From sequence record SRR2962707_868: a stretch of DNA of 38,955 bases, one strand, 5' to 3'. The notes under the pieces were generated by a model. That model made no database searches. It was not told the origin of the DNA and worked only from the letters and a program-made list of their open reading frames with translations. A program made the translations under genes and the position numbers. The stretch's first letter is position 1. Each line of letters opens with the position of its first letter. Below, piece after piece: positions 9,965 through 19,722 of this stretch.

Positions 9965-11716
9965 TTAGCTTTTCCACCATTTGATGATCAAATACACTGA
10001 TAATGCAAAGGCCAAAAACATCACAAATGCGAAAAGAAGGTTTCCGTAGAGTAGATTTCCAATTGCAAACAAAGCCGAGTAGATGCCAATAGTCCCGACA
10101 AACACAGAAAGTAAGTGATATCCCAGGTTAGACGTTCCTCTGTTTTCAAAACGGTTCCAACCAATCCCAGGCTTTACCCTTGAAACAAAAGAGGCTAGTT
10201 TTTCTTCGTCCTCCGGCTTGGTTAGAAGTGTTGTGAGAACCCAAACCGTGGTGGTAATTCCTGTCGCAATCAATAACCGCATGGTGAATGCATCGAGATA
10301 GGAATTAGCCAACATCTCATCTGAGATACCCAATACCAATACAAATGCATTGATGGTCGCCACGATCATCCCCACGATCTCGGTAACTGCATTAATCCGC
10401 CACCAAAACCATCTGAATAAAAAGATGGCACCTGTGCCAGCTCCTGAGAGTAGAAGGATATTAAATGCTTGAGTAGCATTTTCTAAAATAGTGAGGGCGA
10501 GCACACCTGCTATAATCATCAATCCCACTGTCGAGAGGCGACCAATCATTACCAATTCTTTCTCCGTAGCATCCGGCTTGACGAAGCGTTGATAAAAATC
10601 ATTTACTACATAAGATGATCCCCAGTTCAGATGGGTACTGATAGTAGACATATACGCAGCAATCAACGAAGCGACTACCAATCCCAGCCAGCCGGGAGAA
10701 AGTAAAGTGAGCATCACCGGATAGGCAATATCATCTCCCAGATACTGTTCGCTGATATTCGGAAATGCTCTTTGGATAGAATCAAGATCCGGAAAGAGTA
10801 CGATGGATGCCAATGCCACCAAAATCCATGGCCATGGACGAAGTGCGTAATGGGCAAAATTGAAGAACAACGTAGCACCAACAGCGTGTTGTTCATTCTT
10901 AGAGGCAAGCATCCGTTGAGCAATGTAGCCTCCACCTCCCGGCTCTGCGCCCGGATACCACACCGACCACCACTGCACGGCGAGGGGTATGATAAACATC
11001 GAAACAACCAGTGAAGTATTACTAAAATCCGGAATGATATCCAGCTTTCTCTGAATCGACTCATGAGACAGTAGACCTGAAAGTCCGCCAACCTCTGGTT
11101 GTGTAACGGCCACATATGCAGCATAAACAGCACCAAGCAGTGCTATACCAAATTGAAAGAAATCCGTCCAAATCACTCCTTTAATACCACCCAATGCAGA
11201 GTAAGCCGCAACAACAACCGAAGCAATTACAACGGTATGAATCGGCTCCATTCCAAAAAGTATGGAGGAAATTTTAATGGCGGCCAATGTCACTGAACCC
11301 ATGATCAGGCAATTGAAAAAGATGCCGAGGTATAATGCCCGGAATCCACGAAGGAACGATGCTGCTTTTCCCCCATACCTTAATTCATAAAACTCCAGGT
11401 CGGTCAGGATACCTGAACGCCTCCAGAGTCGTGCATAAATAAATACGGTCACCATCCCCGTAATCAGAAAGGACCACCAGGCCCAGTTTTTGGCTACTCC
11501 ACCTTCCCGAACAAACCCTGTTACCAAATTAGGTGTATCTGCCGAGAAAGTGGTGGCCACCATGGAAACGCCCAATAGCCACCACGGCATGGACTTTCCC
11601 GCAAGGAAATATTCCAACGAACTCTTGCCTGCAGTTTTGCTGGCTGCCAGTCCAATTCCTAACACAATGAGAAAGAACGCTCCGATTACGAGCCAGTCGA
11701 GAAGTGATAATGCCAT
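9965..11716 (-). CDS. Sodium:solute symporter (SSS) family transporter
   Basis: YFLAGKSMPWW, SMVATTFSADTP, YSALGGIKGVIWTD, AQRMLASK and AAYMST, with many TM helices. Confidence 0.93.
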   Translation of the reverse strand: MALSLLDWLVIGAFFLIVLGIGLAASKTAGKSSLEYFLAGKSMPWWLLGVSMVATTFSADTPNLVTGFVREGGVAKNWAWWSFLITGMVTVFIYARLWRRSGILTDLEFYELRYGGKAASFLRGFRALYLGIFFNCLIMGSVTLAAIKISSILFGMEPIHTVVIASVVVAAYSALGGIKGVIWTDFFQFGIALLGAVYAAYVAVTQPEVGGLSGLLSHESIQRKLDIIPDFSNTSLVVSMFIIPLAVQWWSVWYPGAEPGGGGYIAQRMLASKNEQHAVGATLFFNFAHYALRPWPWILVALASIVLFPDLDSIQRAFPNISEQYLGDDIAYPVMLTLLSPGWLGLVVASLIAAYMSTISTHLNWGSSYVVNDFYQRFVKPDATEKELVMIGRLSTVGLMIIAGVLALTILENATQAFNILLLSGAGTGAIFLFRWFWWRINAVTEIVGMIVATINAFVLVLGISDEMLANSYLDAFTMRLLIATGITTTVWVLTTLLTKPEDEEKLASFVSRVKPGIGWNRFENRGTSNLGYHLLSVFVGTIGIYSALFAIGNLLYGNLLFAFVMFLAFALSVYLIIKWWKS

Positions 11717-11847
11717 TTAGTATACGATTTCAGGCCATGAAAATAACACGATGGATGTAACGATTGCACACAAGCTGAGTATTTCTTTCAATTGTGCAAC
11801 TATTTAGGGCACCTGCAAATCATTAAATCAACTCAACTCAAAGGACT

Positions 11848-14214
11848 ATGCTCAAAAATTTTTTCCTCGTTTCTATTCGAAACCTTCGAAAAAACGGACT
11901 CTATTCTGCCATAAACATCAGCGGACTCTCCATCGGAATAGTCTGTAGCGTACTCATTCTACTTTGGGTAGCTGATGAAGTATCCTATGACAAATTTCTT
12001 CCCAAGTATGACAGAATCTATCAGGTCTGGGTAAGTTCTGATTATGACAACCGAATCAACAATTGGCGTTCGGTTCCCCTGCCAACTTACGAAGCACTAA
12101 AAACGGAAGACAGCAACATTACCAATACGGTAGTCACCGGTTGGGGCAGTGAACGTCTTTTGACAGTTGGTGATACCCGAATCCTGAAGGATGGGTACTA
12201 TGTGAGTGAGGAATTTCTGGAAATGTTTGAGTTTCCACTCGTTTCAGGCACTCACAAGGATGCCCTGAAGGATCCTATGTCGATAGTCCTTTCCGAGTCA
12301 TTGGCTAAGATTTTATTTGGAGATGAGGATCCAATCGGCAAACAAGTAAAACTCGAAGATAAAGGCACTTTGCAGGTTACGGCCATCGTCAAGGATGTAC
12401 CGGAGAATTCCAGCTTCCAATTTGATTACCTGGCCACATGGAAATATCGTGAATCGGTGAATGAATGGGTCAGGGATAATAAAACCAATTGGGGAAACTA
12501 CTCTTTCCAGGTTTTCATTGAATTGAATGATGCAAAAAGAGCAGAGGACGTGCAGGAAAATATTGCCGGCCTGATCATGGAAAAAGACGAAGATGATATT
12601 GATAAGCACTTCTTTCTTCACCCAATGGCTCAGTGGCGCTTATATTCCAACTGGGACGATGAAGGCAAACAGGCCGGTGGACGCAGTGACTATGTTCAGC
12701 TTTTTACTGCCATTGCTATTGTCATCCTGATCATCGCATGCATCAACTTTATGAACCTGGCCACTGCTCGATCTGAAAAACGGGCAAAAGAAGTAGGCAT
12801 ACGCAAAAGCCTGGGTACCAGTCGATCCAAGCTGATCTTCCAATTCATAGGTGAATCTGTGTTCATCACTTTTCTCGCTTTTGTTGTGGCCGTTCTTTTA
12901 ACAGAATTAGCCTTGCCTGCCTACAATAGTCTGGTGGAAAAGGAGCTTTTCATCGATTACACCTCTCCTGTTTTCTGGATGGCCTCAGTGGGAATCATCT
13001 TTGTGTTGGGAATCATTGCCGGAAGCTATCCAGCTTTTTACCTCTCCTCTTTCCGACCGGTGCAAACGCTGAAAGGAACGATCAAAGTAGGCAAAGGAGC
13101 AACTACTCCAAGGAAGGTGCTCGTGATCATGCAGTTTGCCTTTTCAATCATCCTCATGATTAGTACCATTGTCATTTTTCAGCAAATCAACCTGGTGAAA
13201 AACCGGGATCTGGGCTATGAGCAGGAACGTCTAATTGCCGTCGAAATGTCTGAGGACCTTCGAGAGAATTATGAGGTGTTGAAACAGGAGCTGGAATCAT
13301 CCGGATTAGTAGAGTCGGTAACAAGATCAAACTCCCAAATCACTCAGATCAACTCCAATAACTTTCTCGGCTGGCCGGGCAAACCGGAAGATCGACGGGT
13401 CATCTTCACCACGATCACGACCACCTATGATTATGCAAAAACCATGGGCATTGACATGTTGATGGGAAGGGATTTCTCTAAGGAATATGGAAGTGACTCC
13501 AGTGCCATTGTAATAAACAAAGCAGCCCTGGATATCATGGGATTGGAAAACCCTATCGGTACCAATCTGGATTTATGGGGAGAAAAGCGAAAGCTAATCG
13601 GAGTGATCGACAATGTGCTGATGGGATCTCCGTACGATCCGGTCAAGCCTATGTTTATGATCCTGAACGACTGGGGCGGTTATGCTTCCGTCCGGTTAAA
13701 GAAAACCAATGACCTGCAAGAAACATTGGCAGGCGTGGAGGAAATTTTCAATAAGCACAATCCTGCCTACCCATTTGATTACAACTTTGCCGATGTTGAG
13801 TTCCAGCGAAAGTTCACCACCATCAACCTGACGAGAAAGCTGGCCATGCTCTTTGCGACCTTAGCGATGATTATTACGGGACTTGGACTATTTGGTCTCG
13901 CCTCTTACATGGCAGAACAGCGCATCAAAGAAATTGGAATACGAAAAGTACTGGGAGCTACGATCTCCAGCCTGATGGCACTGATGTCTAAAGACTTTGC
14001 TAAACTGGTCGTGTTCTCCTTTTTGCTGGCTGCTCCTTTGGCTTACTACTGGCTGGACAAATACCTGGATAGATACACCATTCGTGTGGATGTCACCTGG
14101 TGGATTTTCCCGATCGTTGGGATCATCGTGTTAGGGTTTGCAATATTGATTGTGTCTGATCAGGCGAGACGTGCAGCTAAGGCTAATCCGGTGCAGTCGT
14201 TGAGGAATGAGTGA
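11848..14214 (+). CDS. ABC transporter permease, duplicated MacB_PCD/FtsX (Bacteroidota ~800-aa type)
   Basis: SAINISGLSIG, IACINFMNLATARSEKRAKEVGIRK, a second AEQRIKEIGIRKVLGA and C-terminal ANPVQSLRNE. Confidence 0.93.
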   Translation: MLKNFFLVSIRNLRKNGLYSAINISGLSIGIVCSVLILLWVADEVSYDKFLPKYDRIYQVWVSSDYDNRINNWRSVPLPTYEALKTEDSNITNTVVTGWGSERLLTVGDTRILKDGYYVSEEFLEMFEFPLVSGTHKDALKDPMSIVLSESLAKILFGDEDPIGKQVKLEDKGTLQVTAIVKDVPENSSFQFDYLATWKYRESVNEWVRDNKTNWGNYSFQVFIELNDAKRAEDVQENIAGLIMEKDEDDIDKHFFLHPMAQWRLYSNWDDEGKQAGGRSDYVQLFTAIAIVILIIACINFMNLATARSEKRAKEVGIRKSLGTSRSKLIFQFIGESVFITFLAFVVAVLLTELALPAYNSLVEKELFIDYTSPVFWMASVGIIFVLGIIAGSYPAFYLSSFRPVQTLKGTIKVGKGATTPRKVLVIMQFAFSIILMISTIVIFQQINLVKNRDLGYEQERLIAVEMSEDLRENYEVLKQELESSGLVESVTRSNSQITQINSNNFLGWPGKPEDRRVIFTTITTTYDYAKTMGIDMLMGRDFSKEYGSDSSAIVINKAALDIMGLENPIGTNLDLWGEKRKLIGVIDNVLMGSPYDPVKPMFMILNDWGGYASVRLKKTNDLQETLAGVEEIFNKHNPAYPFDYNFADVEFQRKFTTINLTRKLAMLFATLAMIITGLGLFGLASYMAEQRIKEIGIRKVLGATISSLMALMSKDFAKLVVFSFLLAAPLAYYWLDKYLDRYTIRVDVTWWIFPIVGIIVLGFAILIVSDQARRAAKANPVQSLRNE

Positions 14215-14215
14215 C

Positions 14216-14244
14216 ATCCCCCTAGCCCCCTTCAAAGGGGGAAT
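14216..14244. repeat. C-rich/G-rich short hairpin element between convergent genes (REP-like; may also terminate)
   Basis: ATCCCCCTAGCCCCCTTCAAAGGGGGAAT: two C5 runs and one G5 run. Only one copy in this window. Confidence 0.5.
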
Positions 14245-14259
14245 ACCTCTTAATACAGT

Positions 14260-15621
14260 TTATTTAACATAAACCGTCTTCACGTTCACAAACTCTTTGA
14301 TGCCATGATGCGATAGTTCACGACCAAATCCGCTCTCGTTAATACCTCCGAAAGGTAGACGAGGGTCGGATTGAACCATCGCATTGACAAAGCATGATCC
14401 TGCTTCCAGCCTTGTTGCAGCTAGTTTTTCCGCTCGCTCTGTATCTCTTGAAAAGATGGCCCCACCCAATCCGTAGTAGGTATCATTGGCCACCTGTAGC
14501 GCTTCCTCTTCATCTTTCACCGTAATGACAGTAGCCACGGGACCAAATAACTCTTCCTCATATGCGGGCATTCCCTTCCTCACATCGGTCAGAATTGTCG
14601 GTGGATAGTAATAGCCTTTCATATCCGGTACCTCACCTCCTAAAATACACCTGGCTCCTGCGTCTATGCTTCGGGTAACCTGATCATGTAACTGATCCCT
14701 GTATTTCTTTCCAACCATCGGACCAAGATCGTTTTTCTCATCAGTAGGATCTCCAAACCGATAGGATTTCATTTCCTCAACCAGTTTTTCCTCAAACGTT
14801 TCCTTAATGGATTCGGGCACGATGAAGCGTTTGGCGCTGATGCAGCTTTGGCCGTTGTTTTTCAGCCGACTGGCAACAGTCGTTTCTATAGCCAGGTCAA
14901 GATCCGCATCTTCCATGATAATATATGGGTCGCTTCCACCGAGCTCAAGTACACATCTCTTTAAGACCGCTCCTGCCTGTTTAGCAACTTCCTTTCCAGC
15001 TCTCGTACTTCCGGTTAGCGTAACAGCCTTCACGTGTTTGTGAGCAATTACATCCGATGCTTGTTCATTGCTGATAAACAGATTACTAAAAACGCCCTTT
15101 GGAAATCCGGCTTTTTCAAAAACAGAAAGAATCGCCTCTGCACAACCAGGTACATTGGGAGCATGCTTCAGGATGGCCACATTTCCCGCCATGAGACTGG
15201 GTGCCGCAAAACGAAAAACTTGCCAGAACGGATAGTTCCACGGCATGATCGCGAATACAATTCCAAGTGGACGATGGCTCACATAGCTTTTCGAAGCATC
15301 CGTTTCGATTAGTTCATCCTTAAGGAACTCCTTCGCTTTGTCAGCATAAAACTCACATACCCAGGCACATTTCTCTACCTCAGCCTCACTCTCCTTTAAG
15401 GTTTTACCCATCTCTTCCGTCATCACTTTAGCAAAAGCCTTCTGTTCTGACCTCAATACATCGGCTGCTTTTTTCATGAGATTTGACCGATGAGAAAAGG
15501 AGGTATTCTTCCAATCATTAAAAGCACTTTGAGCCTCTTCAATGGTACCTCTCACTTCCTCATCGGAATGATTTGGATAATCTTTTAAGGGTCGTTCGTT
15601 AGCAGGGTTTATCGCTTGCAT
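14260..15621 (-). CDS. NAD(P)-dependent aldehyde dehydrogenase, succinate-semialdehyde dehydrogenase (Sad/GabD1-like)
   Basis: IMPWNYPFWQ, TLTGS, LELGGSDP, NGQSC (catalytic Cys), EELFGP and PFGGINESGFGRE. The likely start is the ATG at 15621 (MQAINP). Confidence 0.92.
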   Translation of the reverse strand: MQAINPANERPLKDYPNHSDEEVRGTIEEAQSAFNDWKNTSFSHRSNLMKKAADVLRSEQKAFAKVMTEEMGKTLKESEAEVEKCAWVCEFYADKAKEFLKDELIETDASKSYVSHRPLGIVFAIMPWNYPFWQVFRFAAPSLMAGNVAILKHAPNVPGCAEAILSVFEKAGFPKGVFSNLFISNEQASDVIAHKHVKAVTLTGSTRAGKEVAKQAGAVLKRCVLELGGSDPYIIMEDADLDLAIETTVASRLKNNGQSCISAKRFIVPESIKETFEEKLVEEMKSYRFGDPTDEKNDLGPMVGKKYRDQLHDQVTRSIDAGARCILGGEVPDMKGYYYPPTILTDVRKGMPAYEEELFGPVATVITVKDEEEALQVANDTYYGLGGAIFSRDTERAEKLAATRLEAGSCFVNAMVQSDPRLPFGGINESGFGRELSHHGIKEFVNVKTVYVK

Positions 15622-15681
15622 CGTATTCACTTTTACAATTTTCAAGAGTTTCTAATTATCTTCTGCTCAGATTTTGAATTC

Positions 15682-16815
15682 ATGGATACCACAAAACATG
15701 TTGACAGTCGAAGAGGTTTCATCAAAAAGCTGGGAGCGGCAGGATTGTATGCATCAGCGATTGGAATGCCCGGATTTTCCTATGCATTTGATAAAAGTAC
15801 TCCTTCCTTTTCCAGGTTAAACCCGGTCAACGTTTCAAGAGAAAGAATCATCCGGCAGGTAGCGGGTTTGCGTCCCTATCGTCCGACTGGCTTCAACCTC
15901 AGCGTACAGCAAACAGAAAACAAAACCATCATTCACAACTATGGACATGGAGGCGGTGGTATTTCTCTGTCATGGGGTACTGCATCGCTGGCCATAGATA
16001 AAATCAACCAACCCAAATACACGCCTGTTGCTGTCCTGGGAGCAGGGGTCATCGGTCTCTCAACCGCTATTCTTTTACTGAAACGCGGAACCCCGGTCAC
16101 TATTTACACTGAAAATCTTCCTCCTAACACCACATCCAATGTAGCTGCTGCTTTCTGGGCTCCTGTTTCTGTTTACGACCCTGCACAGGTAGATATACCA
16201 TTTATTAACACCTTTAATCAGGCCTCACAAATATCTCAGCGTGTGTTTCAGGATCTGGTGGGTGAACGTTATGGCATATGGTGGATAAAGACATTTTTCA
16301 TGCAGGTACCCTTTGACTTTCCGGGCGGAAAAAATCTCTATCCGGATTTTAAAAAGCACAATGCTGATACCTCACCTTTTGATCATATTTCTGATCCGGA
16401 ACAGCTTCATTCACTTATGATAGAACCTCCTATCTATTTAAAGGAACTTCTGGATGACTTTTTTCAACTAGGTGGTAAACTGGTAATCAGAAAAATGCAA
16501 CAGCCTTCAGATGTTCTGGAGTTAGATGAATTAACAATTATGAACTGTACGGGGCTGGGTTCGAACAAATTATTTGGTGATAAAACGCTCATACCTGTGA
16601 AGGGACAACTAAGCGTGCTTCTACCCCAGCCTGAGATCGATTACGGTTATGTCAACCTAACTCCGGGTGGATTGTTATACATGTTTCCTCGCAAAGATGG
16701 AGTCATATTGGGGGGAACATCTGAAAAAGGGGACGAGTCCCTCATCTCCGACCCTCAGGAGACCGAACGCATTTTAAAAGGCCATCAATACATTTCGCAA
16801 AACCTTAAAGGTTAA
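15682..16815 (+). CDS. FAD-dependent D-amino acid oxidase family protein with Tat signal (permuted motif order)
   Basis: The ATG at 15682 gives MDTTKHVDSRRGFIK (twin-arginine). Motifs are VAGLRPYR, IHNYGHGGGG, VAVLGAGVIG, TTSNVAAA, NCTGLG, PVKGQ and YMFPRKDGVILGGT. Confidence 0.85.
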   Translation: MDTTKHVDSRRGFIKKLGAAGLYASAIGMPGFSYAFDKSTPSFSRLNPVNVSRERIIRQVAGLRPYRPTGFNLSVQQTENKTIIHNYGHGGGGISLSWGTASLAIDKINQPKYTPVAVLGAGVIGLSTAILLLKRGTPVTIYTENLPPNTTSNVAAAFWAPVSVYDPAQVDIPFINTFNQASQISQRVFQDLVGERYGIWWIKTFFMQVPFDFPGGKNLYPDFKKHNADTSPFDHISDPEQLHSLMIEPPIYLKELLDDFFQLGGKLVIRKMQQPSDVLELDELTIMNCTGLGSNKLFGDKTLIPVKGQLSVLLPQPEIDYGYVNLTPGGLLYMFPRKDGVILGGTSEKGDESLISDPQETERILKGHQYISQNLKG

Positions 16816-16828
16816 GCTTTACGTACAA

Positions 16829-16861
16829 TTTGGAAGGGAAACAATTAAACCTTTAACTTTG
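16829..16861 (+). promoter_or_regulatory. Bacteroidota housekeeping promoter of hppD (-33 TTTG / -7 TAnnTTTG)
   Basis: TTTG at 16829-16832, a 21-nt spacer, then TAACTTTG at 16854-16861. Confidence 0.65.
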
Positions 16862-16895
16862 TTGTTGAAACAACTAATATAAAACCACATAGATC

Positions 16896-18020
16896 ATGGA
16901 ACGCACTGCACTAGCACCCGATGCACAGGAAACCGACTTCATGCCGATCAATGGCACAGATTATTTAGAACTGTATGTGAGTAATGCTAAGCAAGCCGCT
17001 CACTTTTACAAGTCTGCATTTGGCTTCCAGTCACTGGCGTATGCCGGATTAGAAACCGGGATCAAGGATCGTGAATCGTATGTGGTTGTTCAGGATAAAA
17101 TCAGATTGGTATTGACCTCCCCTCTTCGCAGCGGTACGGTCATCGGCCAGCACATCGATAAGCACGGGGATGGTGTGAAAGTGACAGCTCTCTGGGTAGA
17201 CGATGCTACAGTCGCCTACAATGAAGCGATGAAACGAGGAGCCAAATCGTTCATGGAGCCAAACACCACTGAAGACAAGCACGGTAAAGTGGTGCAGTCT
17301 GGAATACATACGTATGGTGAGGTTGTGCACATCTTCATTGAACGAAAAGATTATAATGGCATTTTCCTTCCGGGCTATCGTGAATGGAAAACCGAATACA
17401 ACCCCGGGCCGGTTGGATTGAAATATGTAGACCACATGGTAGGTAATGTGGAGCTTGGCGACATGGATAAATATGTGAAGTTCTACGAAGAAGTGATGGG
17501 ATTCAAGCAAATCATGTCATTCGATGACAAAGACATTTCCACCAAATACACGGCTCTTATGAGTAAGGTGATGAGTAATGGGAATGGCCGTATCAAATTT
17601 CCAATCAATGAGCCGGCTGCCGGACTGAAGAAATCACAAGTGGATGAATATCTGGAGTTTTACGAGGGAGCAGGCGTACAGCACATTGCTGTGGCCACTG
17701 ACAACATCATCCAGACCGTAACCGATCTGAAGAACCGAGGCGTAGAATTTCTGAAGGTGCCTGATACGTACTATGATGTGCTAACGGAACGTGTGGGCGA
17801 AATCGATGAAGACATTGATGCTTTGCGACCACTGGGTATCCTGGTAGATCGTGACGATGAGGGCTATTTGTTACAAATCTTTACCAAAACGGTCCAGGCA
17901 CGACCGACGATGTTCTTTGAGATCATTCAGCGAAAAGGTGCTACCTCTTTCGGAAAAGGAAACTTCAAAGCTCTGTTTGAAGCGCTGGAGCGTGAGCAAG
18001 AGCTGCGGGGCACACTATAA
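16896..18020 (+). CDS. hppD: 4-hydroxyphenylpyruvate dioxygenase
   Basis: HGDGVK, VDHMVGNV, KFPINEP, GVQHIA, GYLLQIFT, FFEIIQR and FGKGNFKALFE. Confidence 0.97.
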   Translation: MERTALAPDAQETDFMPINGTDYLELYVSNAKQAAHFYKSAFGFQSLAYAGLETGIKDRESYVVVQDKIRLVLTSPLRSGTVIGQHIDKHGDGVKVTALWVDDATVAYNEAMKRGAKSFMEPNTTEDKHGKVVQSGIHTYGEVVHIFIERKDYNGIFLPGYREWKTEYNPGPVGLKYVDHMVGNVELGDMDKYVKFYEEVMGFKQIMSFDDKDISTKYTALMSKVMSNGNGRIKFPINEPAAGLKKSQVDEYLEFYEGAGVQHIAVATDNIIQTVTDLKNRGVEFLKVPDTYYDVLTERVGEIDEDIDALRPLGILVDRDDEGYLLQIFTKTVQARPTMFFEIIQRKGATSFGKGNFKALFEALEREQELRGTL

Positions 18021-18045
18021 ATATTCGCCACTAATCACACTGAAG

Positions 18046-18074
18046 AAAGGAACTCGAGAGGGTTCCTTTTTTTT
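18046..18074 (+). terminator. Intrinsic terminator after hppD
   Basis: AAAGGAACTC-GAGA-GGGTTCCTTT stem-loop followed by a T run. Confidence 0.85.
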
Positions 18075-18095
18075 ATGAGTAATACATTAAACAGG

Positions 18096-18131
18096 TATAT
18101 TTGAAAGGTAGATAACAGGAATTCCTGTTAT
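18096..18131 (+). promoter_or_regulatory. -7 promoter element and perfect 20-bp palindrome upstream of mrr
   Basis: TATATTTG at 18096-18103 and ATAACAGGAATTCCTGTTAT at 18112-18131. Confidence 0.55.
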
Positions 18132-18160
18132 AATGATGTTATGCTTAATTAACTGCACCT

Positions 18161-19042
18161 ATGGAAATACCCAAATTTCACGAAACATTTATTCCCATTC
18201 TTAAGGTGCTTGAGAACGGTGAAACTCTCCAAGCTCGAGAGATGTATCAGAAGGTCATTGATCAATTCTATCCTGAACTAACTAAGGAGCAGTTAGAGCA
18301 AACAACCAAGAGTGGTGATCGCCTAATATTTAATCGTATCGCTTGGGGCAAGTCCTATTTGAAAAAAGGCGGTTACATTGAATTTCCGAAAAGAGGATTT
18401 GTAAAGATCACCGAAAAAGGTCTGAAAAATAGTTCCTCCAATCTAACACTTAACCAAGTCGAGAATTCTGAAAACTTTTTGGAATTTTATAATGAAGAGA
18501 ATCCAAAAAGTACTGGAACCCCTACAAAAATTCAGAATGCTTCACCCGAAGATCTCATAGAAGAGGGGTTTAACCTTATTGACGTTCAAGTCAAAGATGA
18601 ACTTCTAGAAAAACTAAAAACCATTGACCCTTTCTACTTCGAAAAAGTAATTCTTATCCTACTAAAAAGGATGGGATACGGAGACTTCATAGAAACATCA
18701 AAAACCGGAGATGGTGGTATTGATGGAATAATCAATGAGGACAAATTAGGTCTTGATAAAATATACATTCAAGCAAAGAGATATGGTGAAAACAAGGTAA
18801 GAGAGAAAGACATTAGGAACTTTATTGGTGCTATGAGTGGTGACACTCAAAAAGGGGTGTTTGTAACAACAACATCATTTGACCCTGGAGCAGAAAAAAA
18901 GGCACATGATGCACATCATACGATTATTCTCATTGATGGTCCAAAACTAGTAGACTTGATGTATCAATTTAATGTTGGTATTCAAATTAAGGACACCTAT
19001 GAGGTGAAGGAATTGGACAATGATTTTTTCGAAGCTGAATAA
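18161..19042 (+). CDS. mrr: Mrr family (type IV, modification-dependent) restriction endonuclease
   Basis: Mrr N-terminal wHTH (PILKVL...FNRIAWGKSYLKKGG...RGFVKITEKG). Catalytic domain DPFYFE...GDGGIDG...YIQAKRY...GVFVTTTSF...LIDG. Confidence 0.93.
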   Translation: MEIPKFHETFIPILKVLENGETLQAREMYQKVIDQFYPELTKEQLEQTTKSGDRLIFNRIAWGKSYLKKGGYIEFPKRGFVKITEKGLKNSSSNLTLNQVENSENFLEFYNEENPKSTGTPTKIQNASPEDLIEEGFNLIDVQVKDELLEKLKTIDPFYFEKVILILLKRMGYGDFIETSKTGDGGIDGIINEDKLGLDKIYIQAKRYGENKVREKDIRNFIGAMSGDTQKGVFVTTTSFDPGAEKKAHDAHHTIILIDGPKLVDLMYQFNVGIQIKDTYEVKELDNDFFEAE

Positions 19043-19079
19043 GTAGTTAACAAGCTAGTGCGCGTTTTCCCCCCTCCTG

Positions 19080-19100
19080 GCGCGGAAGTTACTTCCGTGC
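19080..19100 (+). repeat. Left REP palindrome flanking RAYT
   Basis: GCGCGGAAGTTACTTCCGTGC is an internal hairpin (GCGCGGAAG-TTA-CTTCCGTGC) and the exact reverse complement of 19702-19722. Confidence 0.9.
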
Positions 19101-19146
19101 CATTCCTAAACAGTTTACTTATCTCACGAGGTTTTACATTTGATCT

Positions 19147-19697
19147 ATGAGTGAAAAATATAAGATCAAGAATCAGGATAGGATTTACTTTATTACGTTT
19201 AGTGTAGTGCAATGGATAAACGTTTTTACCAGGACCGAATACAAGGACCTTATATTAGAAAACTTGAAATATTGTCAGCAGAAGAAAGGGTTAGTAATAT
19301 ACGCTTGGTGTATTATGACCAATCATATTCATTTGATCATAGGACGAAATTCAGATCATAAAATCCAAGACATCATTCGTGATTTTAAGAAGTACACATC
19401 TGTAGCGATAACAAAAGCGATTGCTGAAAACCAACAGGAAAGTAGAAAAGAATGGCTTTTGTGGATGTTTAGAAAGCTAGCTGAAAAAAGCAGTAAACAT
19501 CAGAAATATTGTTTTTGGCAAAATGAATACCACCCTATAGAATTATCAGACAACCAAATGATGAGTAGAAATTAGACTATATTCATAATAACCCAATTCT
19601 TGAAGGGATTGTCCGAGAGCCACAGGATTATTTATATTCCAGTGCCCTTGATTATGCCGGAGGAAAAGGGTTGCTTGAAGTAGTTTTCATTGAATGA
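19147..19697 (+). pseudogene. REP-associated tyrosine transposase (RAYT, Y1/HUH), frameshifted
   Basis: YFITFSVVQW, AWCIMTNHIHLI (HUH), IRDFKKYT and FWQ lie in the ORF ending at 19575. The catalytic-Tyr segment KLDYIHNNP...YLYSSALDYAGGKGLL continues in another frame to TGA at 19697, implying one base missing near 19567. Confidence 0.9.
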
Positions 19698-19701
19698 AAA
19701 A

Positions 19702-19722
19702 GCACGGAAGTAACTTCCGCGC
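19702..19722 (-). repeat. Right REP palindrome flanking RAYT
   Basis: GCACGGAAGTAACTTCCGCGC, the inverted copy of 19080-19100. Confidence 0.9.

Noticed and set aside
15616-15681. Apparent head-to-head overlap of the aldehyde dehydrogenase and DAO ORFs
   Set aside because: An artefact of longest-ORF starts. The ATGs at 15621 (-) and 15682 (+) leave a normal 60-nt divergent gap.
15682-18020. DAO feeding D-Tyr-derived 4-hydroxyphenylpyruvate to HppD as one pathway
   Set aside because: Chemically plausible, but only adjacency supports it. hppD has its own consensus promoter and DAO appears to be exported.
19560-19575. Programmed ribosomal frameshift in RAYT
   Set aside because: No canonical slippery heptamer is visible. 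A single-base deletion or sequencing error is simpler.
19080-19722. 21-bp repeats as CRISPR repeats or DDE IS terminal inverted repeats
   Set aside because: There are only two inverted copies with no spacers or cas genes. The enclosed gene is an HUH/Y1 enzyme, so REP is the better reading.
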